DNA of 64,000 nucleotides from Pseudomonadota bacterium. Lineage in GTDB: Bacteria; Myxococcota_A; Polyangia; Polyangiales; JAKSBK01. Where the stretch lies: assembly GCA_022361155.1 (NCBI GenBank), contig JAKSBK010000210.1:2364-66363 (forward strand). Direction: 5' to 3'. Every line of letters starts with the position of its first letter. Position 1 is the stretch's first letter. Shown here one piece after another: positions 37,114 to 47,038 of the stretch. Both the position numbers and the translations under genes were made by a program. A model generated the notes under the pieces. It did not search any database. It was not told the origin of the DNA and was given only the letters and a program-made list of their open reading frames with translations.

Positions 37114-37560
37114 ATGTTGGCCGAGCAAGATATCCTGCCCTTGCTGAGCGCGGCCGCGGCGGCCCGAAACAATGCGTACGCTCCGTACTCGCGCTTCCGA
37201 GTGGGAGCGGCATTGCTGGCGGGCGAGCGTGTGATTCGCGGCTGCAACGTGGAAAACGCCGCCTATGGAGACAGCATCTGTGCCGAGCGTGGCGCCGTGC
37301 TGGCCGCGGTCGCGGCCGGGCTTAGGGAGTTTCGCGCCCTGGCGGTGTCCACGGAAGCGAGCACGCCCGTGCCACCCTGCGGTAGCTGCCGTCAGGTACT
37401 GCGCGAGTTCTGCCTCGACGACTTCCCCATCGTGATGGGCGCAGCGAGCGGTACCTACACCGTGGTCAGCCTCAACGACCTGTTGCCGGCCGCCTTTACG
37501 AGCCGCTCGCTATCGGACGCTGGCCGGCCCCCGTGGCCGCCCCGCCCGCCGCCGCGCTAG
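37114..37560 (+). CDS. cdd: Cytidine deaminase
   Basis: AYAPYSRFRVGAALL, CAERGAV (zinc and catalytic Glu) and PCGSCRQVLREF motifs. Confidence 0.9.
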   Translation: MLAEQDILPLLSAAAAARNNAYAPYSRFRVGAALLAGERVIRGCNVENAAYGDSICAERGAVLAAVAAGLREFRALAVSTEASTPVPPCGSCRQVLREFCLDDFPIVMGAASGTYTVVSLNDLLPAAFTSRSLSDAGRPPWPPRPPPR

Positions 37561-38951
37561 AACGCCGCCTGCAGCTGCACGCGCAACCGGACGACGCCCT
37601 GGCTCCGCTGCTCGCCGTATCCCCACAACTGGAACAGATCCGCCTGCAACTTGAAGGGGTGGCGCGCGAAATAGTAGCCGCCCACGATGCCCAACTCGTT
37701 CTTGCCCTTGAGCACCGAAGCGTCGCCGCCGGGACGGGTCATCCCGAAGCGTGCCCCGAGCTCCAAAGCCATGCCTGGAAGCAGGTACCCGCCCTGCAGC
37801 ATCCAGCCTATGCCGTCGGCCAGGTCGGTGCCTCCGCGACCATCGCGCCAATAGAAATCGCCGAGCACCGAGAGCCCGGCGTACTTGAACAGCAGATCGG
37901 CGTTGGCATTGTGAAAGGTGTCGTCGTCCGCTTCGGGCGCCCTGCCCTTGATGCCCTGCACGCCCGGTGCGTTCTGCAGGTAGGCATAGCCCACCCCGAG
38001 CGAGAGCCGCGGCTTCGCTGTGCGTTCGAAGTCCGCCTCCGAGTAATCCTTGAACATGCCGAAGGGCAGCAGCTCGAAGCGAATCAGGTACATGAGGCCC
38101 AGGTCACCCGCACCGGGAGTCCTATCCGAGGTGTTGCGGCCCTCGCCGATGTAGACGCCCGCGTAGTAGCGAAACAAGCCCAGGCCGAGTAGATCCTTGG
38201 ACCGGAAGTCGAGTCCCAGATCCCGGTCCAAGGTGAACTCGCCGTTCGTGATGGCGCGATCGACGAACTGCAGATTGCCCGACGAGATCACCCGCTGCCG
38301 GCTGTAGGGCACCTTGTACTGGCCGACGCGCAGGGTCAGGTCGCGCAGGTAGTCGAACGTCATGTACCAGTCGAGCAGCGGCGTGGTGCCTACAACATTG
38401 CTACGCGTCGTGCCCGTCACTCCCATGCCCATGCCCGTGGGATCCTGAAGCACGACCGTCGGCTGCGTCAGGTCTTCGTCGCGCGGCGAAAACGCGAGCT
38501 CGATCTTGAACGTGTTGTGCTTGCCCCACATGTTGCCGACGAACTGCAAGCGCGCGCGACGAATGTGGAAGACCTCCTCGTCGGGTCCCCCGGCTACCCC
38601 TTCGTACTCGTAGCGGAACTGGCCGCGCAAGCGCGTGACCAGAGCAAAGCGTCCGTCCGCACTCTTGAACTCCAAGCCCTTGCCCGGGCGGAAGCGCGCA
38701 CTCGAGGCATCCGCCGGGTGGTCCTTGACGAGATCCCTTTCCCAGCTCGGGGGAGGATTGGGCCCCAAGGCATCCGAGTCGGTTTTCACGTTCGCTGCAC
38801 GATGGGGTTCTGCCAAGCTCGTTCCTGCAGGCGGCGGCGAGCGCTCACCGCTTTCGTGCGCGTGTTGGGCCTGCCCAGCGTTCGCCGCTCCGAGCCACAA
38901 CCAACAGATGGCGGCACCCCTGAGCCGCTGCCTACTTCGATCCAATGACAT
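37557..38951 (-). CDS. Outer-membrane porin, putative phosphate-selective porin O/P family (paralog 1)
   Basis: Signal peptide from ATG 38951 and beta-barrel periodicity. C-terminal RLRVQLQAAF. Highly similar to the adjacent paralog. The family assignment is recalled, not searched. Confidence 0.6.
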   Translation of the reverse strand: MSLDRSRQRLRGAAICWLWLGAANAGQAQHAHESGERSPPPAGTSLAEPHRAANVKTDSDALGPNPPPSWERDLVKDHPADASSARFRPGKGLEFKSADGRFALVTRLRGQFRYEYEGVAGGPDEEVFHIRRARLQFVGNMWGKHNTFKIELAFSPRDEDLTQPTVVLQDPTGMGMGVTGTTRSNVVGTTPLLDWYMTFDYLRDLTLRVGQYKVPYSRQRVISSGNLQFVDRAITNGEFTLDRDLGLDFRSKDLLGLGLFRYYAGVYIGEGRNTSDRTPGAGDLGLMYLIRFELLPFGMFKDYSEADFERTAKPRLSLGVGYAYLQNAPGVQGIKGRAPEADDDTFHNANADLLFKYAGLSVLGDFYWRDGRGGTDLADGIGWMLQGGYLLPGMALELGARFGMTRPGGDASVLKGKNELGIVGGYYFARHPFKLQADLFQLWGYGEQRSQGVVRLRVQLQAAF

Positions 38952-39265
38952 GCTTTTGCGCCTCGTGTACGTCCCGGCGGTCCTGGAACAGTGATTGCTT
39001 AGATAGCTCGGGTAGCTTGGGTAACTCGGTGAGCGAAACCTTAAAACCCAAGTTCCCTCAAAGCTCAAGCTCGGGAAAGTGCAGGGGCATGCACCAATCC
39101 GGACCAATCGAGCCGTACAACGCCCCAGGATACAGGCGTGACCGCCCCGGAGACGGGGAGGGCAGCGAGCACCCCATGCATGCAGGCCCGTACCAACCCG
39201 CATCCGAGCTCACTCGCCGGTTGGCGCGCAGCCCAACAGCGTGGCCGCTCGAGCGTTTCGTAGGC

Positions 39266-40678
39266 TCAGAACGCCGCTTGCAGCTGGACGCGCAGGCGAG
39301 TGTTTTGGCCCGCTTTGCTGCCCTGATTCCACAGCTGAAACAAGTCCGCCTGAACCTTCAGGGGATGCTGTGCAAAGTAGTGGCCCACCACGACGCCGAG
39401 CTCGTTCTTGCCCTTGAGCACGGATGAGCGTCCGCGGGGACGGGTCATGCCGTAGCGAGCCCCGAACTCGAGGGCCGTGTAGGGCAGCAGGTAGCCTCCC
39501 TGCAGCATCCAGCCGTAGCCGTCGGACAGGTCCTCGCCGCCGCGGCCTTTGCGTACATAGAAATCGCTCAGCACGCACAGCCCGGCGAACTTGAACAACA
39601 GGTCGGCGTTGGCATTGTGGTAGTTCACCTGCTGCTTGGGCGTGCTTCCGAGGATTCCTCGACTTCCCGGTGCGTTCCGCAGGTAGGCGTAACCGGCACC
39701 GATGGAGAGCCTCGGCCTGAAGCTGCGCTCGAAGTCGGCCTCGGAATAGTCCTTGAACATCCCGAACGGCAAGACTTCGATACGCCCGAGCGCCATCAAG
39801 CCGAGGTCGCCCGCTCCGCGCGTCTTGTTCGAAGTGTTGCGACCCTCTCCAATGTAAACGCCGGCATAGTACTTGAGCACTCCGAGGCCGAGAAAGTCCT
39901 TGGACCGAAAATCAAGACCCAGGTCTCGATCCAGCGTGAACTCGGCATTGGTGACGGCGCGATCCACGAACTGCAGGTTGCCCGAGGAAACGACGCGCTG
40001 GCGGCTGTAGGGAATCTTGTACTGGCCCACGCGCAGCGTCAGGTCTCGCAGATGATCGAACGTCACGTACCAATCGAGCAGCGGGGTGGTACCCACCACG
40101 TTGGCAGCGCTGTTCGTGTTGTCGGAGAGCGCGATCGGCTGGCGTGCCATGTCGCGCGGCGCGACGGCGAACTCGACTTTGAACGTGTTGTGCTTTCCCC
40201 AGAAGTTGCCAAGAAACTGCAGGCGCGCGCGGCGGATCTGAAACGCCTGCCGGTCCTCGGCACCGCTTACCGACTCGTAGTCGTATAGGAACTGTGCTCG
40301 CAAGCGCGTTATGAGTGCGAACCGACCGTCCCCGGTCTTGACCTCGAGCCCCTTGCCCGGCCGGAAACGCATGCTAGCAGGCGCTGCCGCGTGGTTTCGG
40401 ACGAGCTCGCTCTCCCAGGCCGGTACGAGGTCGTTGCGTTCTTCCGGAGCGGTGCTCGGTTGGGAAACAACACGCTGCGGCGAAGCACCAAGCTGGTCGA
40501 CACCGTGCCGAGCGACACCATACCGAGTGTCAGCACCTTGTTCGGCCCTTGCGAAGAACTGCTGGGCCTTTGCGGAAGGCGCTCCCGCGGTCAAGAACAA
40601 GAGCAACGCGGCGGCATGCGCACGCGCAGGGCTCCCGTTGACTTTGCGAACCTTCGATTGCGTCAGTCGTAGCGGCAT
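39266..40678 (-). CDS. Outer-membrane porin, putative phosphate-selective porin O/P family (paralog 2)
   Basis: Signal peptide ...LLLFLTAGAPSAKAQ. Collinear similarity to 37557-38951 across the whole barrel, with the same C-terminus RLRVQLQAAF. Confidence 0.6.
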   Translation of the reverse strand: MPLRLTQSKVRKVNGSPARAHAAALLLFLTAGAPSAKAQQFFARAEQGADTRYGVARHGVDQLGASPQRVVSQPSTAPEERNDLVPAWESELVRNHAAAPASMRFRPGKGLEVKTGDGRFALITRLRAQFLYDYESVSGAEDRQAFQIRRARLQFLGNFWGKHNTFKVEFAVAPRDMARQPIALSDNTNSAANVVGTTPLLDWYVTFDHLRDLTLRVGQYKIPYSRQRVVSSGNLQFVDRAVTNAEFTLDRDLGLDFRSKDFLGLGVLKYYAGVYIGEGRNTSNKTRGAGDLGLMALGRIEVLPFGMFKDYSEADFERSFRPRLSIGAGYAYLRNAPGSRGILGSTPKQQVNYHNANADLLFKFAGLCVLSDFYVRKGRGGEDLSDGYGWMLQGGYLLPYTALEFGARYGMTRPRGRSSVLKGKNELGVVVGHYFAQHPLKVQADLFQLWNQGSKAGQNTRLRVQLQAAF

Positions 40679-40806
40679 GGTTGCTTCCTATGCACCTTGC
40701 GGGGCGGTGTACTATTCGCTCCCTGGGTAGAGCGACCGCGTAACCTTGGCGGCGAGTCAGTCGCTACTATTCATCGATCGCCGGCGTCACGGGCAAGCGA
40801 CAGCGT

Positions 40807-40886
40807 TGTGGCATCGAGGTGACATCAGGAATGGTCCTGGAGCATGTGTCACAGCCGAGCGGCAGCCCTGTGGCATCGAGGTGACA
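40807..40886 (-). promoter_or_regulatory. Two copies of an 18-bp Pho-box-like element upstream of porin paralog 2
   Basis: tgtggcatcgaggtgaca at 40807-40824 and 40869-40886. On the gene strand these read [CA]TGTCAC-CTCG-ATGCCAC, a 7-4-7 direct-repeat layout like the E. coli Pho box CTGTCAT-N4-CTGTCAT. They lie 129-208 nt upstream of the ATG. Confidence 0.35.
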
Positions 40887-41093
40887 GGTTTGGCGTCTTC
40901 AGCCCGAATCTGGCGAAACCGGCCAATCGCTGATCGAGGGTGCTGGGCGCTCGCCGGGTCATCAAGCCGGACGGCCGCCAAGCCGGCCGGCTTCCAGCCA
41001 CGGGTCGCGAGCGCAGCGCATCAACCACTCGAACATGGTCGAACAAGAGCCCGAGGAATGCCTCCCGAAGCTTGAACGTTGAACGAGGACGAG

Positions 41094-41372
41094 CTAGTTC
41101 ACGATGCGGAAGTCGACGTATTCGCCGGTGTAGCTTCGCCAGTACGTTTCGACCTGATCGACCCTGGCTGTCGAGGGACCGCGCTGGGTCCAGGCGAGCA
41201 GGTCCTTGACCTGGTCCTCCTCGCCTTCGGCCATCACCTCCACTGCACCATCGGAACGGTTGCGCACCCATCCCGTGAGGCCGAGTCGCTTGGCCTCGCG
41301 CTGCGCGGAGGCGCGGAAGAACACGCCCTGGACCCGTCCCCGAACCACTACTCGTATGCGTTTCTGTGCCAT
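41094..41372 (-). CDS. acyP: Acylphosphatase
   Basis: [37 protein letters not shown] matches the acylphosphatase signature. 92 aa from ATG 41372. Confidence 0.9.
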   Translation of the reverse strand: MAQKRIRVVVRGRVQGVFFRASAQREAKRLGLTGWVRNRSDGAVEVMAEGEEDQVKDLLAWTQRGPSTARVDQVETYWRSYTGEYVDFRIVN

Positions 41373-41559
41373 CGTTGTCTCGTTGTTCGCAGCTGGGGCC
41401 CGGCGCAGCAGCCATGGCAGCGCGGGGCTTGCGTGCCCGAGCACGATCCGCTACGACCCCGCGCGTTGCATGGGCCTGAGCCTGGCTCTCCGGGGCCGAA
41501 GGGTGGCCCGCCAGTGTAGGGCACTCACTCACCAACCAGCCACAAGCTGAATAGCAGCC

Positions 41560-41796
41560 ATGAAGCCAGGCATCCATCCCGAATACCAACAGTCCGTTAT
41601 CACCTGCGCGTGTGGGGCGCGCTACGAGACCCGCTCGACGCGCGGTTCGTTCACCGTCGACCTATGCGCTCAGTGCCATCCCTTCTACACGGGACAGCAG
41701 CGTGTCGTGGATTCCGCCGGTCGCATCGATCGCTTTCGCAGGAAATACGCCAAAAAGGCGGACACGAAACGCAAGAAACCGACTGACACCTCTTAG
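41560..41796 (+). CDS. rpmE: 50S ribosomal protein L31
   Basis: MKPGIHPEY...CxC...[12 protein letters not shown]... is the canonical zinc-ribbon L31. Confidence 0.95.
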   Translation: MKPGIHPEYQQSVITCACGARYETRSTRGSFTVDLCAQCHPFYTGQQRVVDSAGRIDRFRRKYAKKADTKRKKPTDTS

Positions 41797-41811
41797 GGCC
41801 GTCCAAGAATA
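41793..41811. repeat. Solo terminal-repeat-like motif of the MITE family at the rpmE stop
   Basis: cTTAGGGCCgtccAAGAATAa compared with TTAGGGCCCGCGGAAGAATA. The TAG at 41794-41796 is the rpmE stop. Confidence 0.4.
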
Positions 41812-41893
41812 ACCGGTCGAGACCGGCCGCGCAGCGTGGAGGCGATTCGTCCCCGGATGCGACCCCCACCTTGGTGCGGTATACTGATCCGTC

Positions 41894-42913
41894 ATGACGG
41901 AAGGCGCTGCGAAGTACATAGGTGGGCAGGCCGTCATCGAGGGGGTAATGATGCGGTCGTCCTGCGGCCTTTCGGTGGCCGTGCGCCGGCCGAACGGCGA
42001 CATCGCAGTCAGCGACAAACCGCTGGTCGATCGTTGGGAAAGCTCGAGGCTCTGGAGGCTGCCGGGCTTTCGAGGCGTCGCCGCCCTGATCAGCTCGGTT
42101 TCGGACGGTTTCAGCGCGCTGCGCTTCTCGGCAGAACAGCAGCTCGATGAGGCGGAGCGCAAGCAGGAAGCGCAGGCATCGACCAAGGGCGCGTTCGTCG
42201 TATCGACCTTGATCGCGCTGCTTGTCTTCATCGCGCTGCCTCAGCTGATGACGGCCGGAGCGGCGAGCTTCATGGGCACTGAGCTCGCGGTTCAAGACTG
42301 GCGCTTTCACCTGATCACGGGTGGCTTCAAGCTGCTGCTGCTGGCGGGTTATCTTTGTCTAATCGGACAGATCCCCGACGTGCGCCGCGTGTTCCAGTAC
42401 CATGGTGCGGAGCACAAGACGATCTATGCGTACGAGCAGGGTTTCGAGCTGACCGTGGACAACGTACAGCGCCAGTCCAAGCTGCATCCGCGTTGCGGAA
42501 CGACGTTTCTGATCGTGGTGATCGTCATCTCGATCGTGCTCGGCTCGCTGGCGACCCCGTTGTTGCTTCCCGGCGCCCAGGGGGTGAGCGGCCAGCTGTT
42601 GACGCTGGCGCTGCGACTGGCGCTGCTGCCGATCGTGGCGGGGATGTCGTACGAGCTTCAGCGCTGGCTGGCGCGGCAGCCTGATTCGGGCCTGCTCGGC
42701 GTGCTGCTCTGGCCTGGATACGCGTTTCAGCTCATCACTACGAGGGAGCCAGACGACACCCAGGTCGAGATCGCGATCGCAGCCATGCAGACCGCTATTT
42801 GGCGCGAAACCGTGGGCAGGGAGGTGCCAGAAGGCGAGCCGCTCGTGTTCCGCGGGTTCGAGGCCTTCAACAAGGCGCTGCCCTCGCTGCGCCCCCTAGC
42901 AGCGGCTGCATAG
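41894..42913 (+). CDS. DUF1385-family membrane protein (YqhQ-like)
   Basis: IGGQAVIEGVMMR N-terminal motif, YHGAEHKTI, and multiple TM helices. Located upstream of prfA, as is common. Confidence 0.8.
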   Translation: MTEGAAKYIGGQAVIEGVMMRSSCGLSVAVRRPNGDIAVSDKPLVDRWESSRLWRLPGFRGVAALISSVSDGFSALRFSAEQQLDEAERKQEAQASTKGAFVVSTLIALLVFIALPQLMTAGAASFMGTELAVQDWRFHLITGGFKLLLLAGYLCLIGQIPDVRRVFQYHGAEHKTIYAYEQGFELTVDNVQRQSKLHPRCGTTFLIVVIVISIVLGSLATPLLLPGAQGVSGQLLTLALRLALLPIVAGMSYELQRWLARQPDSGLLGVLLWPGYAFQLITTREPDDTQVEIAIAAMQTAIWRETVGREVPEGEPLVFRGFEAFNKALPSLRPLAAAA

Positions 42914-42919
42914 CAGGTC

Positions 42920-43996
42920 TTGCTTCCCAACGAAAAACTCGAATCGCTGCGCTCGCGCTACCTGGAGCTCGAGGATCTGCTGTGCCAGCAGCACGTGTTG
43001 TCCAACGCCAAGCAGTACACGACCATCAACCGAGAGCGAGCCGAGCTCGAGCCGGTGGTCGAGGCGTACGCGCGCTACTGCGAGCTGCAGCAGCGGCTCG
43101 AGGAAGACCGGGAGCACATCAACGATCCCGAGCTTCGGCCTATGGTCTTGGCAGAGATCCCGGAGCTCGAGGCCGGGCTCGCAGAGCTCGAACGACAGCT
43201 TTCGGTGCTGCTGCTGCCTCGGGATCCCAACGATGCGCGTAACACCGTGCTCGAGATCCGCAGCGGCACGGGGGGCGAGGAGGCCGCCCTTTTCGCCGCC
43301 GACCTGTTTCGCATGTACTCGCGCTACGCCGAGAGCCGCAGGTGGAAACTCGAAGTGCTATCGGCCAGCACCGCCGATGCGGGCGGATTCAAGGAGATCG
43401 TGGCCTTGGTCAGCGGGGAGCGCGTGTACTCGCACCTGCGGTTCGAAGGTGGCGTGCATCGGGTGCAGCGGGTGCCAACTACAGAAACCCAGGGCAGGAT
43501 ACACACCTCGACAGCTACGGTCGCGGTGCTGCCGGAAGCAGACGAGGTCGACGTCGGCATCGATGACGCGGACCTGGAGGTCAGCATAGCGGCCGCCAGC
43601 GGGCCTGGTGGACAGGGAGTGAACACGACCAACTCCGCGGTGCAGATCCTGCATGTTCCGACGGGAATCATCGTCCGCTGCCAGGATGAACGCTCACAGA
43701 TCAAGAACAAGGCGCGGGCTCTGAAGATCCTGCGCGCACGCTTGTTGGAGCGACAGCAGCGCGCGCAACACGAAGCGGTCGCCGAGGAGCGCCGCGGCAT
43801 GGTGGGCACGGGGGAGCGTTCGGAGAAGATTCGCACGTACAACTACCCCCAAAACCGAGTCACAGACCACCGTCTCGGCCTGACGCTGCACAAGCTTGAC
43901 GACATCGTTGACGGCGATCTGGACCAACTGCTGATCCCGCTGCGCACCGATCATCAAGCGGCGCTGCTGCAAGCGCAGGTGGGTGACCTACGCTGA
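42920..43996 (+). CDS. prfA: Peptide chain release factor 1
   Basis: SGPGGQGVNTTNSAVQILHVPTG (GGQ motif) and RVQRVPTTETQGRIHTS (PxT RF1 tripeptide region). Confidence 0.95.
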   Translation: MLPNEKLESLRSRYLELEDLLCQQHVLSNAKQYTTINRERAELEPVVEAYARYCELQQRLEEDREHINDPELRPMVLAEIPELEAGLAELERQLSVLLLPRDPNDARNTVLEIRSGTGGEEAALFAADLFRMYSRYAESRRWKLEVLSASTADAGGFKEIVALVSGERVYSHLRFEGGVHRVQRVPTTETQGRIHTSTATVAVLPEADEVDVGIDDADLEVSIAAASGPGGQGVNTTNSAVQILHVPTGIIVRCQDERSQIKNKARALKILRARLLERQQRAQHEAVAEERRGMVGTGERSEKIRTYNYPQNRVTDHRLGLTLHKLDDIVDGDLDQLLIPLRTDHQAALLQAQVGDLR

Positions 43997-44041
43997 GGCG
44001 TCGGGTCGAGACAGCGCGCGCATGGTCCGCCGACTCACAGC

Positions 44042-44069
44042 TTGACGGCGCACAATCCGTTCCTACATT
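44042..44069 (+). promoter_or_regulatory. Candidate sigma70-type promoter for ribA (TTGACG-16-TACATT)
   Basis: -35 at 44042-44047 and -10 at 44064-44069, 31 nt upstream of the ribA ATG. Confidence 0.3.
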
Positions 44070-44099
44070 AGCACGGCTGTTCGCTGCTTATCACGAAAG

Positions 44100-44738
<639 letters not shown>

Positions 44739-44746
44739 GGCACCCC

Positions 44747-45244
44747 CTACTCGTCGAGCGAGCAGGCCTTTGGACCGGCTCCCCACAGCAGTTGTGCAGG
44801 TCGCGGACACCTGTCGCTCGTGTTGAGGTCACAGCGATCGCAGCACTCGGGAAACGGCCCGTGCGTGCAGCCGCGGCAGTGCTCGATAAACTGCAGGGTT
44901 TCCCCAAGCTCCCTATGCACGCGCTTCAGCAGGTTGATCTTGCGCTCGAGCGCCTTGGCGCGTTCCCCCAGCGCGTTGCCCAGGCCCGCGACCGCCTGCT
45001 CGGGTGACTCGCAGCGGCTCTTGAGCTCCATGAGGTTTCGGATCTCGTCGACGGTTAGCCCGGCCTCGCGAAAACCGACAATGGCCCGCAACCGCTCGAG
45101 CTCACGCGGATCGAACTTCCGGTGTCCCCCCGGAGTACGCGAGACAGGACGGATCAGCCCGACATCCTCGTAGAAGCGCACGGTGCGAAGCGTGGACTCG
45201 GACCCGCTTGCCATCTCCCCGGTGGTTAGCAGCCGCCTCTTCAC
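44747..45244 (-). CDS. MerR-family transcriptional regulator with Cys-rich C-terminal tail
   Basis: HTH LTTGEMASGSESTLRTVRFYEDVGLI, a coiled-coil, then HCRGCTHGPFPECCDRCDLNTSDRC. Confidence 0.8.
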   Translation of the reverse strand: MKRRLLTTGEMASGSESTLRTVRFYEDVGLIRPVSRTPGGHRKFDPRELERLRAIVGFREAGLTVDEIRNLMELKSRCESPEQAVAGLGNALGERAKALERKINLLKRVHRELGETLQFIEHCRGCTHGPFPECCDRCDLNTSDRCPRPAQLLWGAGPKACSLDE

Positions 45245-45419
45245 CCGTTGGGTACTCCCGCGCCAAAAATCTAGCCTGATGGCGACATTTTCATATAGAG
45301 AGCGGCCCTGTCGGGGTCAACCCGTCTGGCCGGCGGTATGCCGGCGGTAGCAGGATTTGGGCCGTGAGCCCTTGCTGGCAAGCTATGGCGACCTTAGGCT
45401 GGGGACAAGGCACATCGCT

Positions 45420-45773
45420 ATGAGCACGCCGATTCGTCCCCCAGGAGGCGCCCCTGCGCCCGTCACGGTTCCAACCGAGGCGCTCGAAAGCGCGCAGCCG
45501 GCCAGCCAGGAAGCGGGCCCCATGAGCACAGGCGTGAAGGCGCCCGCCCCCGCCGATGGGTCGCACCCCATCGCTACAGAACTGGCTGCGGGACGTATCG
45601 ATCTAGATTCGGCCATGAACGCCCTCGTGGATAGCGTGGCAGACGGAGCACTCAACCCAACCGTGGCTGCTGCAGAGCGCGAGCAGCTGGTCGCGCTGCT
45701 GAGGAGTGCCCTGGCCGGGGACCCGTCGCTTCAGGCCCTGATGCGAGACTTGGAACGCTCGCTGGAATCCTAG
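45420..45773 (+). CDS. Hypothetical protein (117 aa)
   Basis: Coding-like GC3. Pro/Ala-rich N-terminus and helical C-terminus. No motif recognised. Confidence 0.4.
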   Translation: MSTPIRPPGGAPAPVTVPTEALESAQPASQEAGPMSTGVKAPAPADGSHPIATELAAGRIDLDSAMNALVDSVADGALNPTVAAAEREQLVALLRSALAGDPSLQALMRDLERSLES

Positions 45774-45795
45774 CCAGGGTCGTGAGGACACCGTA

Positions 45796-46929
45796 TTGGC
45801 CTTTTCGCCCGCACCGAGGGCAGCCGCGGGCCTCGCGACCTTGGGCTGGCTGGTCGTCTGCTGCGGCGGCGACGATCGCCGCGGGCCCACAGAGCGACCG
45901 CGGGCATTTTACGCGATGGTGCAGGAAGCTGCGAAGCCGGCGGGGCTCGTCAAGGTGCTGGGATCTCGGCACGCGCGAGGCAGGAGCGGCCATCGCGCCA
46001 CCTTGGGCAAGGCGCCACGCCACGAGCCCCCTTCCGCGTCCGATCCAGCCTACGCCGGTGCCGAACCGGTTCACGCACGCAGGCTCGTCTACCGCGTCCG
46101 TTTCCTGGTGCCCAAGGCGTTTGGCGAGCGCCCGCCCGATGTCTTTGCCGCCGCCACCGAGCTGACGATCGATGTGTCGCCGGACCGCCTGCGCGCGCAG
46201 TTTTCTGGGCCTGGATGGCCGGTCGACGCCGATTCCCAGGTGCGCCTGCGTGGCGATCGGCCGGGTGTCTACGTGTTCGACAGCGAGGGGGGGCGCCCGC
46301 TCGGCGCCTCGCAGCTGGCCGCTTGGTTCGAGGGTCGGCTGCCGGGTCACCAATCCACGACCCGGCTGGGCGTGGGCAGGGTCTGGGGAAGGCGGGTGGA
46401 TGGGCCCGGTGAGCTCACGTGCGCCTTGTTCGCGGAATGGTCGGGCCGGGCTCGCGAAGGTGTCATGGGGCGTTGCCGGGGCAACGCCATGCCGCCCGTC
46501 TTCGTGCTCGGACCCTGGCGCGGCGAGCTCACCGCCGCCGTTGCACTGGAGCTGGCCAGGCGGGATCTGGCGGCCGACGCGACCCGACCGCCCCAAGGCA
46601 TCCGGGTCGGGTCAGCCCCCTTTCTCGAGCCCCGGGCACTCGGCAGGCTGCAACCGGCCCGAGACAAGAGCGGCGAGGGCAAGGTCGAGCCGCCGCCGGC
46701 CGCCGGGCCCACCACCCTCGAGGTGGTGAACCACGAGCTGTTCACGGTGGTCGTCGTGGTGGACGGCACCCCCGTGGGCGCTGTGCGCGCGCAGCAGGCG
46801 GCGCGCTTCCTCGGATTGATGGCCGGGCCCCATCGCGTGGGGCTCATGCGTCCACTTGGGCTGTGGGCTCGCAGACCAAGATTGAAGTTCTTGCCCCATC
46901 GCCTGACCGTCGGGTCCGTCCAGGAGTAG
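45796..46929 (+). CDS. Hypothetical lipoprotein
   Basis: Signal and lipobox LGWLVVCCGG. Balanced amino-acid composition, unlike the Arg-rich antisense ORF. Confidence 0.5.
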   Translation: MAFSPAPRAAAGLATLGWLVVCCGGDDRRGPTERPRAFYAMVQEAAKPAGLVKVLGSRHARGRSGHRATLGKAPRHEPPSASDPAYAGAEPVHARRLVYRVRFLVPKAFGERPPDVFAAATELTIDVSPDRLRAQFSGPGWPVDADSQVRLRGDRPGVYVFDSEGGRPLGASQLAAWFEGRLPGHQSTTRLGVGRVWGRRVDGPGELTCALFAEWSGRAREGVMGRCRGNAMPPVFVLGPWRGELTAAVALELARRDLAADATRPPQGIRVGSAPFLEPRALGRLQPARDKSGEGKVEPPPAAGPTTLEVVNHELFTVVVVVDGTPVGAVRAQQAARFLGLMAGPHRVGLMRPLGLWARRPRLKFLPHRLTVGSVQE

Positions 46930-47038
46930 CTCGACCGGCTGCGGCAGCGGCAGGACTTGCTCGCGGCTTTCGGGCTCGCAACGGCTCGTTCTCGGAGGCG
47001 GCGTTGGCTACCTACCTGTCGTTGCGACGCGGATCCCG

